The notes under the pieces were generated by a model that was not told where the DNA came from, made no database searches, and was given only the letters and a program-made list of their open reading frames with translations. A stretch of DNA of 63,416 nucleotides, counting the filler, from Chrysochromulina tobinii (lineage: Eukaryota), in the NCBI GenBank assembly GCA_001275005.1. It is 5 parts of 5 records of this genome, joined end to end, with 100 filler letters (N's around TTAATTAATTAA, not from the genome) between each part and the next. Parts side by side here need not be neighbours in the genome. Positions count along the whole stretch, not along the records: positions 23,153 to 34,127 come from JWZX01001327.1; 4 more parts are not named here. The stretch is one strand, 5' to 3'. The position numbers and the translations under genes were made by a program. Within the stretch, counting starts at the first letter, position 1; each line of letters begins with the position of its first letter. This document shows positions 23,053 to 32,917 of this stretch, piece by piece.

Positions 23053-23152
23053 NNNNNNNNNNNNNNNNNNNNNNNNNNNNNNNNNNNNNNNNNNNNTTAA
23101 TTAATTAANNNNNNNNNNNNNNNNNNNNNNNNNNNNNNNNNNNNNNNNNNNN
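23053..23152. other. Artificial contig linker
   Basis: N44-TTAATTAATTAA-N44, giving stops in all six frames. Confidence 0.97.
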
Positions 23153-23154
23153 CG

Positions 23155-23247
23155 ATGCTCAAGGTGGTCGGCGCGATGGAGATGGGTGGCGGCCTCTTCC
23201 AGGTGCATCTGAGGGAGGTGCCGCTCACCGTCGCCGTCTTCAAGTGA
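23155..23247 (+). CDS. 3' end of a truncated gene, possibly the C-terminal strands of a mono-ADP-ribosyltransferase domain
   Basis: MLKVVGAMEMGGGLFQVHLREVPLTVAVFK-stop at the contig start; the resemblance is from memory of ART C-termini and is weak. Confidence 0.3.
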   Translation: MLKVVGAMEMGGGLFQVHLREVPLTVAVFK

Positions 23248-23715
23248 GCGACGCCCGAGCACCTGTCGACGCCGTGCTGACGGGGCCGCATGGCGCATGC
23301 CGAGGGGCCGCCGCGTGCGGGGTGGGTCTGGGTGATGCCGCCTGGCAGCTCTCCGCCCGTGTGCAGAGCCATGGAAAGTGAGTGTGTGTGCATGACCGTT
23401 CCAGGGTGGGCCCGGTCGCCCGGTGCGTGGGCCGCGTTTGAGAGACTTTGAGGAGCGCGGCACACCATCAAGCATCATGCGTAATTTACAAGGTTGCGTA
23501 TTTGCGATCGTATCCGGGTCGACCGGCATGCAAGACTATACCGTATACGCGAACGCGCCGTGCGGAACGACGCGCGCGATTACCGAAGTTCGGTGGTAGA
23601 ACGAGTACAGAACATGCCGTGACGTAGCCGTGACGAAAAACTCCATGCAGCCGCTCCCACCGGTGGTGCTCAACACACACCCGACCTCAGCGGTCCTGTG
23701 CCTCCTCGCTGGGCG

Positions 23716-26700
23716 TCATGCCTGATTCGACGTAGAAGTACCGCCTGCCGCCAGGTTTCCCCCGGCGACGGCAGCGAAGATCGTCGAGCACCCCTCTCGC
23801 GTGTGCGGCGGCGTGTCTCGTCGCGCCGTGTCGGGCGGCGCCGTGTCGGGCGGCGCCGTGTCGGGCGGCGCCGTGTCGAGCGCCCCTCTCGCATGTGCGG
23901 CGGCGCGGCCAGCCGCCAGTAATGCCCGCCGTCATCAGCGATCATCAGCGCGGCTGGAGGGCGCCGTTTCATGTCGCGCCGTGTCGGGCGGCGCCGTGTC
24001 GGGCGGCGCCGTGTCGGGCGGCGACTCGCCGGGGTGCGCGCCATTGTGCATCGATCGGAGCCACGCGCCAAAGTCGCGCGTGCTCGGCGCTTTGAGCGCC
24101 TCCTCCCAGCCAGCCTTCATGAACCAGAGACCCTGCCGCTGATCGAAGACGACCTCGCCGTGAATGTGAACCGCCGAGCCCATGATGATCGACTTATCGC
24201 AACCGGCCTCGCCGTGCTTCTTGTCGCCGCACGGCATCGAGTTCGGCGGGAAGCAGTGCAATGCGTACGCGTGGCTCAGCAGATGGTTCCACAGCTGCCA
24301 CTTCTTCGTCTCCACCTTATCGTCCGAGGGCGGCTTGCTCGTGCCGTGTTTAAGGATGGGGCACGCGCGTGCCACGTGTACATGGGGCAGCACCACAAAC
24401 TTGCTCGGGTGGTACTCGGTGATGCCCCATGCCTTCGACTCGTCCGCAAACTTGGTCGAAAAGTCCGCAATCCCCTTCATGGGAGAGGGCGAATGCCATC
24501 GCACGTTGGCATCGTAGATCGCGTGGTTGATTGCCCATTGGTCGCTCGCCTGCCACAGCGGAACCAGAGGTCGCAATCAATGGTCACACTCATAGGGCAA
24601 TCAGCGGCCGCACCATGTGCGGCAGCACCAGAGGCAGCCGCCAGTGGCCCGCTGCGGGGTGGCCGCCGGCCGGCCTCTCTCGCCTGCCATCTGGGCTGCT
24701 TGGCATGCAATCAGCATGCAATCAGCATGCAATCAGCATGCAATCAGCATGCAATGGCCGGCCGCTCTCGCCTGCCATTTGGGCTGCTTGGCATGCAATC
24801 AGCATGCAATCAGCATGCAATCAGCATGCAATCAGCATGCAATCAGCATGCAATGGCCGGTCGCTCTCACCTGCCATTTGGGCTGCTTGGCACGCTTGGC
24901 CACGATGCGGGCTTGCGTATCACGGAAGATCTCGATCGTGCGCGGGTTGGATCGAACAAAGTAGAAGCCCGTGCAGATGGCGGCGCCCCATTGCTTGACC
25001 ATCGAGATAGGCCGTCCCCAGATGCGCTCACCGATGATATCGCCATCCTCGAGGAGTGGTGCCGGGCTGCGCGCTCACAATCAGAGGTCATCAGAGGTCG
25101 TCAGAGGTCATCATCAGAGGTCATCAGAGGTCATCGGAGGTCATCATCAGAGGTCACCTGCGTAGGAAGATCGCGTCCAAGTCGGCGAAAAGGACGTTGA
25201 AGCCGCTCTCGAGCACGCGCAGACCGAAGCGCTGCCGCTCGCCGATGACGTTGAGCTTCGAAATCATGACCTCGCCGCTCGCAACACGTGGCAGCAGCAG
25301 GGCGGGCGGCGCGTCGAACCGGTCGAAGATCTTGCCTAATTTGGCATCCATGGCGACGAGCACGAAATTCGTCACTTGGATCGAGCTCGCCGCCTGCATG
25401 CAATTGAGCGCGAGGTCGACGAAGTCATCAGAGGTCATCAGAGGTCATCAGAGGTCATCAGAGGTCATCAGAGGTCATCAGAGGTCATCAGAGGTCACCT
25501 GCATGAAATTGAGCGCGAGGTCGACGAAGTCGCCCGTGGCGAAGAGAAGAATGACCGTGTGGCAATCCCATGCGCTCGCGACGGCGCGATGCAAGACGCG
25601 GCGCGCCTCGGGCGGCAACTCGCTCGCATTGCCTCCCATCGCATCGGGCAGCGGCGCGAGTCGACTTCCCGCTCGCGCCGCGTGCCGGTGCGAGGCGCAC
25701 ACGGCCTGTGTCGCAGCGTCGTCCTGAGCGTCGTGCGGCGCTGCGCTGGGCGCCGGCCGTTGAGTCGCAGCGTCGCCCGACACGGCGCGAGCCTGCCGTT
25801 GAGGGCGATCGAGCGCATGGAGCGCTGCGCTGGCGCGGGGCGAGGGCATACCTGTCCGAGGGACAACTAGGCAGCCTGCTCGACGCCCCTTGCACCAGAT
25901 CTTGTCGATGTCATACGTGAGCCGGGGCAGCGCGGCCAGCATCGCCGCGCGCTCAGCCGCGCCCACCCCAGCGCTCACCCTAACCGCCCCGCCGCCCTGC
26001 GCCCAGGAGAGCGCGCCCGAGGCGCCCATCGCGGCGCGTCCGGCGCCGTGCGTGCAGTTCATCACATCTCCGGCTTCGAGAGTGCGCGTGAGCAGGTAGT
26101 GCGACGTGTACGGTTTGGCCGGGAGCACGGTCAGGTGCAGGAAGCACGCATCCGCGACCGACGTGCCCGTCAGTGTGGGCAGCGCCTTGGCGGCCGCGAT
26201 CTCGCGATCCGAGGTCGCGAGCACCCGTCGCACCTGTGGGGAAGAGGGGCGCCGTGGTGAGCGCTTGCATGCGAGGCAGGGGAGGTCGCGAGCACCCGTC
26301 GCACCTCGGAGCCAGGGAGATTGTAACTGTCGCCCAGGTGGTTCCACTCTCATCATAATCAAGGGAGATCGCACCTCGGAGCCTGGGAGATTGTAACTGT
26401 CGCCCAGGTGGCGCACGCACACGCCGCGCTGCCGTACCTGTGGGGAAGTGCGGCCGCGCCGTGGTGAGCGCTTGCATGCAAGGTGGCGCACGCACACGCC
26501 GCGCTGCCGTACCTGTGGGAAGGGCGGGCGCGCCGTGGTGAGCGCGTGCATGCAGGCCACGAGCGCGCACGCGCACGCCGCGCAGCCGTACCATCGCATT
26601 GAGGTACAGCTGGTCGCACAGGATGCGGCACTCGAGCTTCCGCCGGTCCCACCCGTCCAGCAACGGCAGGTGCGCCGACGACAGGACCATCACACCGCTA

Positions 26701-27518
26701 TTGAAGATGCGCACCCGCTTGACGGCCTCGGGCGAGCACACGCTGGGGAGCGTCGTCTCGAGCGCGTAGAGCGAGCAGAAGGCGCGCCCGTGCATCGCGT
26801 GCCAGCCCTGCTTGTGGAATCCCTCGTACACCGCGCCCAGCTCCTGGCACGGCGTGGCTGCGAACACGTCCGCCGCGTACGGCGAGACTAGCACGTCGTC
26901 ATCAATGAAGAGCAGCTGGTCGTACCGGCGCAGGTACCACTGCAGGAGCGGGAGCTTGATGAAGTGGGAGTTGGCGCCCGCCTGCAGCGTCGCATTCCAG
27001 CTCGCGATCGCCACGTGCGCGAACGAATCCACAACCACGAACTCGGCGCCGACGCGCCGGGCGTACGCCTCCATCGGTAGCCGCGTCACCGCAAAATGCG
27101 AGCGCTTGCCGATCGAGAGCGTGACGACGACGCGACGGCCGTTGGCGATGCAGTGGTGCTCGGCCTTGGGTACGCACGATGCCTCGCTCGGCGCTTGCGA
27201 CTGCGCCGCCGCCGCCACCGTCTCGTCCTCCTCGTCCCGCTGGCCTTGCCGCCTCTTCTTCCACTTCTTCTTCTTATGCTGCTTGCGCTTGCCGCCGATG
27301 GCACGGCCGCGAGTGGCATTGCTCATCCACGGCCGCGGCAGGGTGCCGACCTCGGCGCTCGCGCCCGCCTGCTCGCGTAGCGTGCGGTCGAGGTCGGGCT
27401 CCTGGTAGCCAGAGCTGGGGCCGATGGGGACCGGCCAGATGGGAGCGAGCAGCAGCCAGAGGATGGAGATCACGAGCACCGCATCCACCACGACCAGCAC
27501 GCGGCGCGGAGGCGACAT
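23716..27518 (-). CDS. Multi-exon two-domain glycosyltransferase (GT8/GT34-like plus GT77-like), type II membrane protein
   Basis: Exons 27518-26592, 26437-26375, 26233-25499, 25393-25158, 25066-24871, 24549-24030 and probably 23744-23716 (GC donor; otherwise stop at 23935). All splice phases are consistent. Domain 1: LLFIDDDVLV, IFNSGVMV, CDQLYLN. Domain 2: VLFADLDAIFLRSP, CTGFYFVRSN, SDQWAIN. Confidence 0.8.
23790..24025. repeat. 15-bp minisatellite (gcgccgtgtcgggcg) in two blocks, inside a probable GC-AG intron 23745-24029
   Basis: Repeated units; minus-strand donor G|GCGAGT at 24029 and acceptor GGCAG at 23745. Confidence 0.65.
24550..24870 (-). other. Spliceosomal intron with (TGATTGCATGC)n minisatellite and two copies of the upstream exon end
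   Basis: GT..AG; removal joins KWQ|ASDQW; 24772-24793 and 24684-24705 copy exon 24871-24892 (22/22 and 21/22). Confidence 0.85.
25067..25157 (-). other. Spliceosomal intron made of (TGATGACCTC)n minisatellite
   Basis: GT..AG; removal restores IFLRS-PAPLLEDGD. Confidence 0.85.
25394..25498 (-). other. Spliceosomal intron: (TGATGACCTC)n 5' module plus 33-nt copy of the upstream exon end supplying AG
   Basis: 25394-25426 matches exon 25499-25531 at 32/33; removal joins NFMQ|AASSIQ. Confidence 0.85.
26234..26374 (-). other. Spliceosomal intron containing a 60-nt copy of its own spliced exon junction plus the 3' module
   Basis: 26282-26341 equals exon 26211-26233 plus exon 26375-26411 (59/60); ends GCATGCAAGCGCTCACCACGGCGCCCCTCTTCCCCACAG. 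Confidence 0.85.
26438..26591 (-). other. Spliceosomal intron: two rounds of [downstream-exon copy plus 3' module]
   Basis: 26481-26512 equals exon 26406-26437 (32/32); 26565-26591 is an older copy (25/27); removal joins LNAM|VRQRG. Confidence 0.85.
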
Positions 27519-27797
27519 AAGCGGCGCGATACCCTCGCCACGGAGCACGCCGAGGGCGCATTCCGGCGTGACGATGCCAGAGATCATTCGCAAAAGCGTC
27601 GGAACCCATCTCGTCCTGGTACGCCTAAGTTTACTAATTTGACTTCGACTACATGTATCCCAGGCGTCAACCCCAAACATTGGCTCGATGACAGCTCGAT
27701 GAGTGTGAGGAGAATCGCGCTCACTCGCGTCCACGGACTGGCGCCGACGGACTGGCTCGTGTGCCGAGCGCTGAGCGGACTGCGGAGGCGGTCGACC

Positions 27798-28355
27798 ATG
27801 CTACTTGAGCTTGCGGTGGGCTTGGGGGTCCTATCACGCAGCCTGCTCTGGGCGCGCGACGCCGACTCGCCGTCCGACATCTGCGCCACCACCGTGCACG
27901 GAGGCATGCTGCTCGAAGCGCCGCCTGCGCTCGGGGCGCCATCACCGGGCAGTTACGCGCTCGACTGGGAGTACGGCGGCGACGCACCAGTCGCAGCACC
28001 CTCCGCACCCTTGCAGTCTCGCCTGTACCTCCCCGAAGAGCGCGACGCCACCTTCTGGGCGGGTTGGGCCATAGGTGCGGCACTCTCGTACATGCTCTTC
28101 CACGCCTTGCCTCGCTGCTGGCTTGAGCGGCGGCGGCGCGCGGCGGCATGCGTCGCCCGCCGCGTCGGCGACCGCATCGAGCTCCTCACGCGCCGCCAAG
28201 CCAGCAGCCAAGGATCTGAGTGGGTCGTCCTCTCCGAGCGCCTCGACACGAAGCACAAGGCGCACGACTGGGCGGAGCGTTACCTCGACCACATGATGAA
28301 GGGCGGCGTGTTCGTGGCGGCCAGCGTGGTCGTCAACCACGTTCCGGGCGGCTGA
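27798..28355 (+). CDS. Uncharacterised small membrane protein
   Basis: Signal-like MLLELAVGLGVLS and hydrophobic FWAGWAIGAALSYMLF; divergent from the glycosyltransferase gene. Confidence 0.55.
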   Translation: MLLELAVGLGVLSRSLLWARDADSPSDICATTVHGGMLLEAPPALGAPSPGSYALDWEYGGDAPVAAPSAPLQSRLYLPEERDATFWAGWAIGAALSYMLFHALPRCWLERRRRAAACVARRVGDRIELLTRRQASSQGSEWVVLSERLDTKHKAHDWAERYLDHMMKGGVFVAASVVVNHVPGG

Positions 28356-28774
28356 CGAGGATACGAGAGCTTAGGACGGCACGCGGGGCCTGCGGATGTA
28401 CTGGGAGGGAGAGAGATAGAGAGGCCCGCGCCGCCTCGGTCGCACGGACCACGGTCCGACTCCGCGTACTCGACGCTCGAGCCGTCGAGCACATACGATT
28501 CAAAGCACAGGTCGAGAAGCACTACGGTACGAGCCAGGTCGTTGATGGACAAAATCATGCATTGTTACTCCGATTCTCCCCCTACGCACTCTGTAACCGA
28601 CGTACATGTATTCTCTGTCACGCGCCCCCGTCGCGTGCGTCGCGCTTCACCGCACCGCACGGCACTTGCACGCGCCTATGCTGACTGTCACGCCCCGCCA
28701 CCCGCCAGCACTTGCGTGCTGACTGTCACACCGATAGCACTTGCATGTAGCACGATTATGAGCAGCGCATAGAC

Positions 28775-28837
28775 GGAACTGCTTCTCACCTGTGGGGAAC
28801 TCCTTCTCACCTGTGGGGAACTCCGTCTCACCTGTGG
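28775..28837. repeat. 21-bp tandem repeat x3
   Basis: ggaact[g/c]c[t/g]tctcacctgtgg; the minus strand reads TTCCCCACAG|GTGAGA. Confidence 0.85.
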
Positions 28838-28930
28838 GTGCGTCGAGAGGAAATCGATCGAGATCTGACCTCAGACTACGCCTCTCCACCAGAAGAAGGC
28901 TAACTCTGCAGCCGACGACATTGCAACTTG

Positions 28931-31753
28931 CTATGTCGTGCGCAGCTTCTGGCCGCCATTGCAGCGGTGGTAGGCGAGGACGTAGTCGATGTGCACGTAC
29001 TCGGAGTGGAAGAGAACAAACTCGCGGTAGCGATCGATCACCTGGCCCAGCTCGGCGATCAGCGAATGGTGGCAGATTGGTGGCATGACGCCCGGCACCG
29101 CCGAGAGCTCACGGAAGTTGATGGGGAAGATTTTCTCGCGAGTGTCCATCGAGGTGGCCGACTGGCCCATATGCTGCGTGCGCACGGGGAAGCCGAGGGC
29201 CGCGCGCACCACGAGAACGTAGAAGACGTCCTCCGGGTGGCGCATGGTTCTGCCATACAGCCGCTTGTGCAGCTCACTGCTCTGGTCCCACGCGCTGTCG
29301 GCGCTGACGTACTGATCCGTCTTGCCAACGTCCTCCGCGAGGTAGACGCCGTCGCCGAAGGCGGTGCCCGCGTTGGTGCCCGAGTAGCGCTCGTTCAGGC
29401 CCGTGGACAGCAGAGCTAGCAGCCGATCTGGGTTGGTGCCATGCAGGAGGATGACCTCATTGCAAGCCTCCGAGAGGGTGAAGCCGCGCACGCGATCCGT
29501 CTTCACGGGCAGGCCGGGCACGTAGGAGACATCCTTGCCCTTCCTCTCGAGCAGCTCGAGCTCCTGCTGCACGCGCTTCACGCCGGCCGTGTACCTGTCC
29601 AGGTTGCGTGGATGGTCGACCTTCCACGCACACGCGAGCTTCAGCGAGTCGTACGAGCCGTACTTTTTCGACACGTCCTTGCCCTTGCCGAGCCACTCTG
29701 GGCGCTCTGTCTGGAGCAGCGCCTCGAGGGAGCGCAGCAAGCGCGCATCGGTCTCCGGCAGAAGAGCCCGGAGGGCGAAGCCGTCCTCCTCCAGGGCGAG
29801 ACGAGCCTTGTTCTCGGCGGCCGGCTGTCCGAGCAGGCTGTGGAAGCCCCACGGGGTACCTGTGGGGAAGGGTGGCGCCGTGGTGAGCACTTGCATGCAA
29901 GGCTGTCCGAGCAGGCTGTGGAAGCCCCACGGGGTACCTGCTTGTCCCCACAGCGATACGCGCGCTGTGGTGAGCACTTGCATGCAAGGCAGGTCATCAC
30001 TGGCAATCAACGTACCTGGTTGTCCCCACGAGTTCCACGCGCGCTGTGGTGAGCACTTGCATGCCAGGCAGGTCATCAGTGGCAATCAACGTACCTGGTT
30101 GTCCCCACGAGTTCCTGGTTGTCTCCTTCGCGGCCGGCGCGTGGATGCACGATCCACACTTGTTGAGAAGGTTGTGGAAGAATGCTGCCCTGTCCTCCGC
30201 CTTCTCCGCCGCCTTCTCCGCCGCCGCCTTATCGGCCGCCGCCTTCGCGGCCGCCGCCTTGTCGGCCTTCGCCTTGGCCGCCTCCGCCTTCCAATCCCTG
30301 TTTCGAAGCGCACGGGGAACTCACGCTCTTGGCGCTATGCAGTGGCGCCCATCACGGCGCGTCGTCGCGTGCAATCAGGAAGCGCGAGGGCTTGCGAAGG
30401 GTGGTCGTGAAGATGGCAAGGCAGTCAGAGGCAGTGGAGGCAGCAGCGCCCTCTCCGAGGACGACGGCGTGGGGCGACGGCGTGGGGCGACCGAGTGCTA
30501 CTGATTGCTCGTGAGTGCTCGTGAGTGCTGCCTGATTGCTGCCTGAGTGCTGCCTGTGAGTGCTGCCCGAGTGCGCCCGAGCGCGCCTGAGCGCGCGCCT
30601 GAGCGTGCGTCGGGGCGCTGTCTGTGGCGCGGCCGGCGCGGCCAACCGCAGCCGCAACGAGAGTGGCCACCCAGGCCGCCAGTGCCGCCGACTCCCGGTG
30701 TGCCCATCACGGCGCGCGTGGCACGCGCCCCACTCGGCGGCAATCGTCGCCACGGAAGGAAGCGCAATCGCAAGGCACTCTCACGCGACGCAGGTCGGCC
30801 GTCGCGTCCTCTCGGCCGCATCCCGTGGCGAGTCGCCGCCGTTTGTTCGCCGTCGGCCAGCCATCCGCCGACGGCGTGTGCCCAAGACGGCGCGGCCGCT
30901 GCGTTCGAGTCGCTCTGCTCGTTCGGTCTTCATCGCGTACCTAGGCTCGCTCAGCAGGGCGACGACCTCGCTGTGGCCATTCTCCCGTGCGCAGTCGATG
31001 GCCGTATAGCCGGACTTGTAGCCAGGGACGTCTCGCTCGTCTTCGAAGAGTCGATCGGCGCCCCCTTCGAGGAGGCGCTTGGCGATCGCGAGGTGGCCTC
31101 TGGATGAGGCCTTCATTAGAGCTGTCTGACCGTAGGCGGGCTAGAGACACAAGAGGGGATAAGCGCGAGATCACTCTACGTAAGCAGACCCTTGGCATTG
31201 TGCTGGGAGAGGGCAAGCTCAAGACTTACATCCGTGTCGTCGACCTCGATCGCCTCGGTTTCGAGGAGGAGGCGGACGCACCCTTCGTGCCCTTTGTTTG
31301 AGGCCAACATCAAAGCTGTCCATCCGCCGTCCTGTGGCAAATGCAGCACACGCGGCGTCATCGAGTGCCAGAGCACGCGAGGAGCGTGGGCGAGCACGCG
31401 GGGGTGCGGCGCGCGCCATGCGACGAGGACGCGTGTGCCAAGCTCGGCAGGGCGGCGGGGTGGCGGCGCAGCCAGCGCGGCCGCGCGCGATACAGCGAGC
31501 TCTGGGGACAACGCGCCGTCTCGGGCGAGCGCGGCGGCGAAAGCAGCAGGGGACAACGCGCCGTCTCGGGCGAGCGCGGCGGCGAAAGCAGCAGAGGCGG
31601 CGAGGACGCGGGCGCCCACGCGAGGCACATGCGGCGGCGCACCTCAGGATTGTGCCAGTTGACGTTGCCTCCACGCTCGATCAGCCGCGTGAGCTCCGCC
31701 TCGTTGCCGTTCCTTGCGGCCTCGCACACGGCCTTGCCCATCGAGTCGCTCAT
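28931..31753 (-). CDS. Ankyrin-repeat plus PARP catalytic domain protein (tankyrase-like architecture), 5 exons, 514 aa
   Basis: Exons 31753-31643, 31331-31230, 31140-30941, 30297-30095, 29859-28931 (1545 nt, phases consistent, all GT-AG). Ankyrin motifs GWTALMLASNKGH, GQTALMKASSRGH, GYTAIDCARENGH. PARP motifs LLHGT, AFGDGVYLAE, REFVLF. Confidence 0.85.
29860..30094 (-). other. Spliceosomal intron built from repeated modules and copies of both flanking exons
   Basis: 30016-30036 equals exon 30095-30115 (21/21); 29901-29937 equals exon 29823-29859 (37/37); three GCATGCAAGTGCTCACCAC cores. Confidence 0.85.
31504..31593. repeat. 45-bp tandem duplication within intron 1 of the ankyrin-PARP gene
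   Basis: ggggacaacgcgccgtctcgggcgagcgcggcggcgaaagcagca x2. Confidence 0.8.
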
Positions 31754-32317
31754 CGCGTCCGCCGCGCTTATTACGCCCGCGCCCGCTCGGCCACCTGCGC
31801 ATTCGGGGGGGCACGCGCGGCTCCGCTGTGACGCTCGGGAGGCGGCGGCGCGCACTCCGTCGCAATGCGCATGCAGCGCGCCCATAGGCCCCTCGGAGCT
31901 CGGGTGGCCGCGGCGGCAGCCGTGTGGCGCGAGGGCGCTCGAAGCGACCACGGCGCGCAGTCGAGGCTGCCGCAACGCCTGGCTCCCGAGGCCCCGAGCA
32001 GCGTGGTGTGGGCGTGCGAAGCAGCGGGCGAAGCAGGCCATCGGGCTCGACGAGGGCATTGGGTAATGCGCGCCCGCACGAGGGGATTGCCGAACTCACG
32101 TCCACCGTGCTTTGGCATTGACTTTTGGAGGACCCACACCTGTGAAACGTTTTGTGCAACGTCTGTGAAGTGCCCGTGGGCGGCGCGCGAGGCGTGAGGT
32201 GGGCACTTGTACCTGGTCCACGTGGGCGAACCTCCAAGCGGGTGCCTCGCCGCTCATGCCACTCTGATCATAGGTGGGGGCTGGGGGCTGTGGGTGACAT
32301 TACGGTTTGTCGTTTCC

Positions 32318-32460
32318 TGCGTTTACGCGGTCGGGGGTGCGTATACGCAGAAACTTGTGTATACGCGAGGGGGTACGTATACGCACCCGCTGTGTATACG
32401 TACTACCGCTCGCGTAAACGCACCTACCCGCGTATACGCACCCGACGCTGCGTTTACGCG
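32318..32460. repeat. Intergenic cluster of GTATAC palindromes with a 14-bp inverted repeat
   Basis: gggtgcgtatacgc (32335-32348) pairs with gcgtatacgcaccc (32430-32443); five GTATAC sites in about 100 nt. Confidence 0.6.
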
Positions 32461-32917
32461 GGGACGCGACGAACGCGTCATGTGAGTCGTGTAATCGTGT
32501 TACTGTGATGTGTTCATGTGAAAATAGATCATAGTATTATAATAGTATTACGTTAACGGGGGGCGGCAGCGCGGCACGGCGGCGCAGCGGAGAAACGGGG
32601 AATTGAACCTCCGGACGGTCCGGCTCGCTCGTTCTCGTTTGGGAGGAAATCCTCGACGAGATGCGTCGTCGCGTGCTACGTTGTACGTAGTCCGCAACTC
32701 CGCATGCGCAGTACGGACGCCTATGTGGGGGTCGATACGCACTCGCTCGCTCCCGGCCATGGCTCACAGTGGCTCCCCCAGACGCCACGGCAGCCAGCAC
32801 ACGAGCGCCGCGATCCCCATCTGTCCCGCGCTCAATCGGCAGCGGAGACTGAACGTTCAGAGTGCGTGTGTGAGACTCGGAGGTGAGGTGAGCCCAGAGC
32901 CGCGAGTGCATGCAAGC

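Noticed and set aside
23053..23152. TTAATTAATTAA within N runs as a biological motif (also at 34128, 48372, 61264)
   Set aside because: Identical 100-nt all-frame-stop linker; genes across these joins are not neighbours, and ORFs ending in X..LIN are artefacts.
24680..25500. ORFs with ACNQHAISMQS and SSEVIRGHQR repeats
   Set aside because: Antisense translations of intronic minisatellites.
28775..28837. CRISPR array
   Set aside because: Head-to-tail units with no spacers.
29860..30085. Peptide repeats MQVLTTA / ACKCSPRR as protein domains
   Set aside because: They are translations of the intronic module; removing the introns restores coherent proteins.
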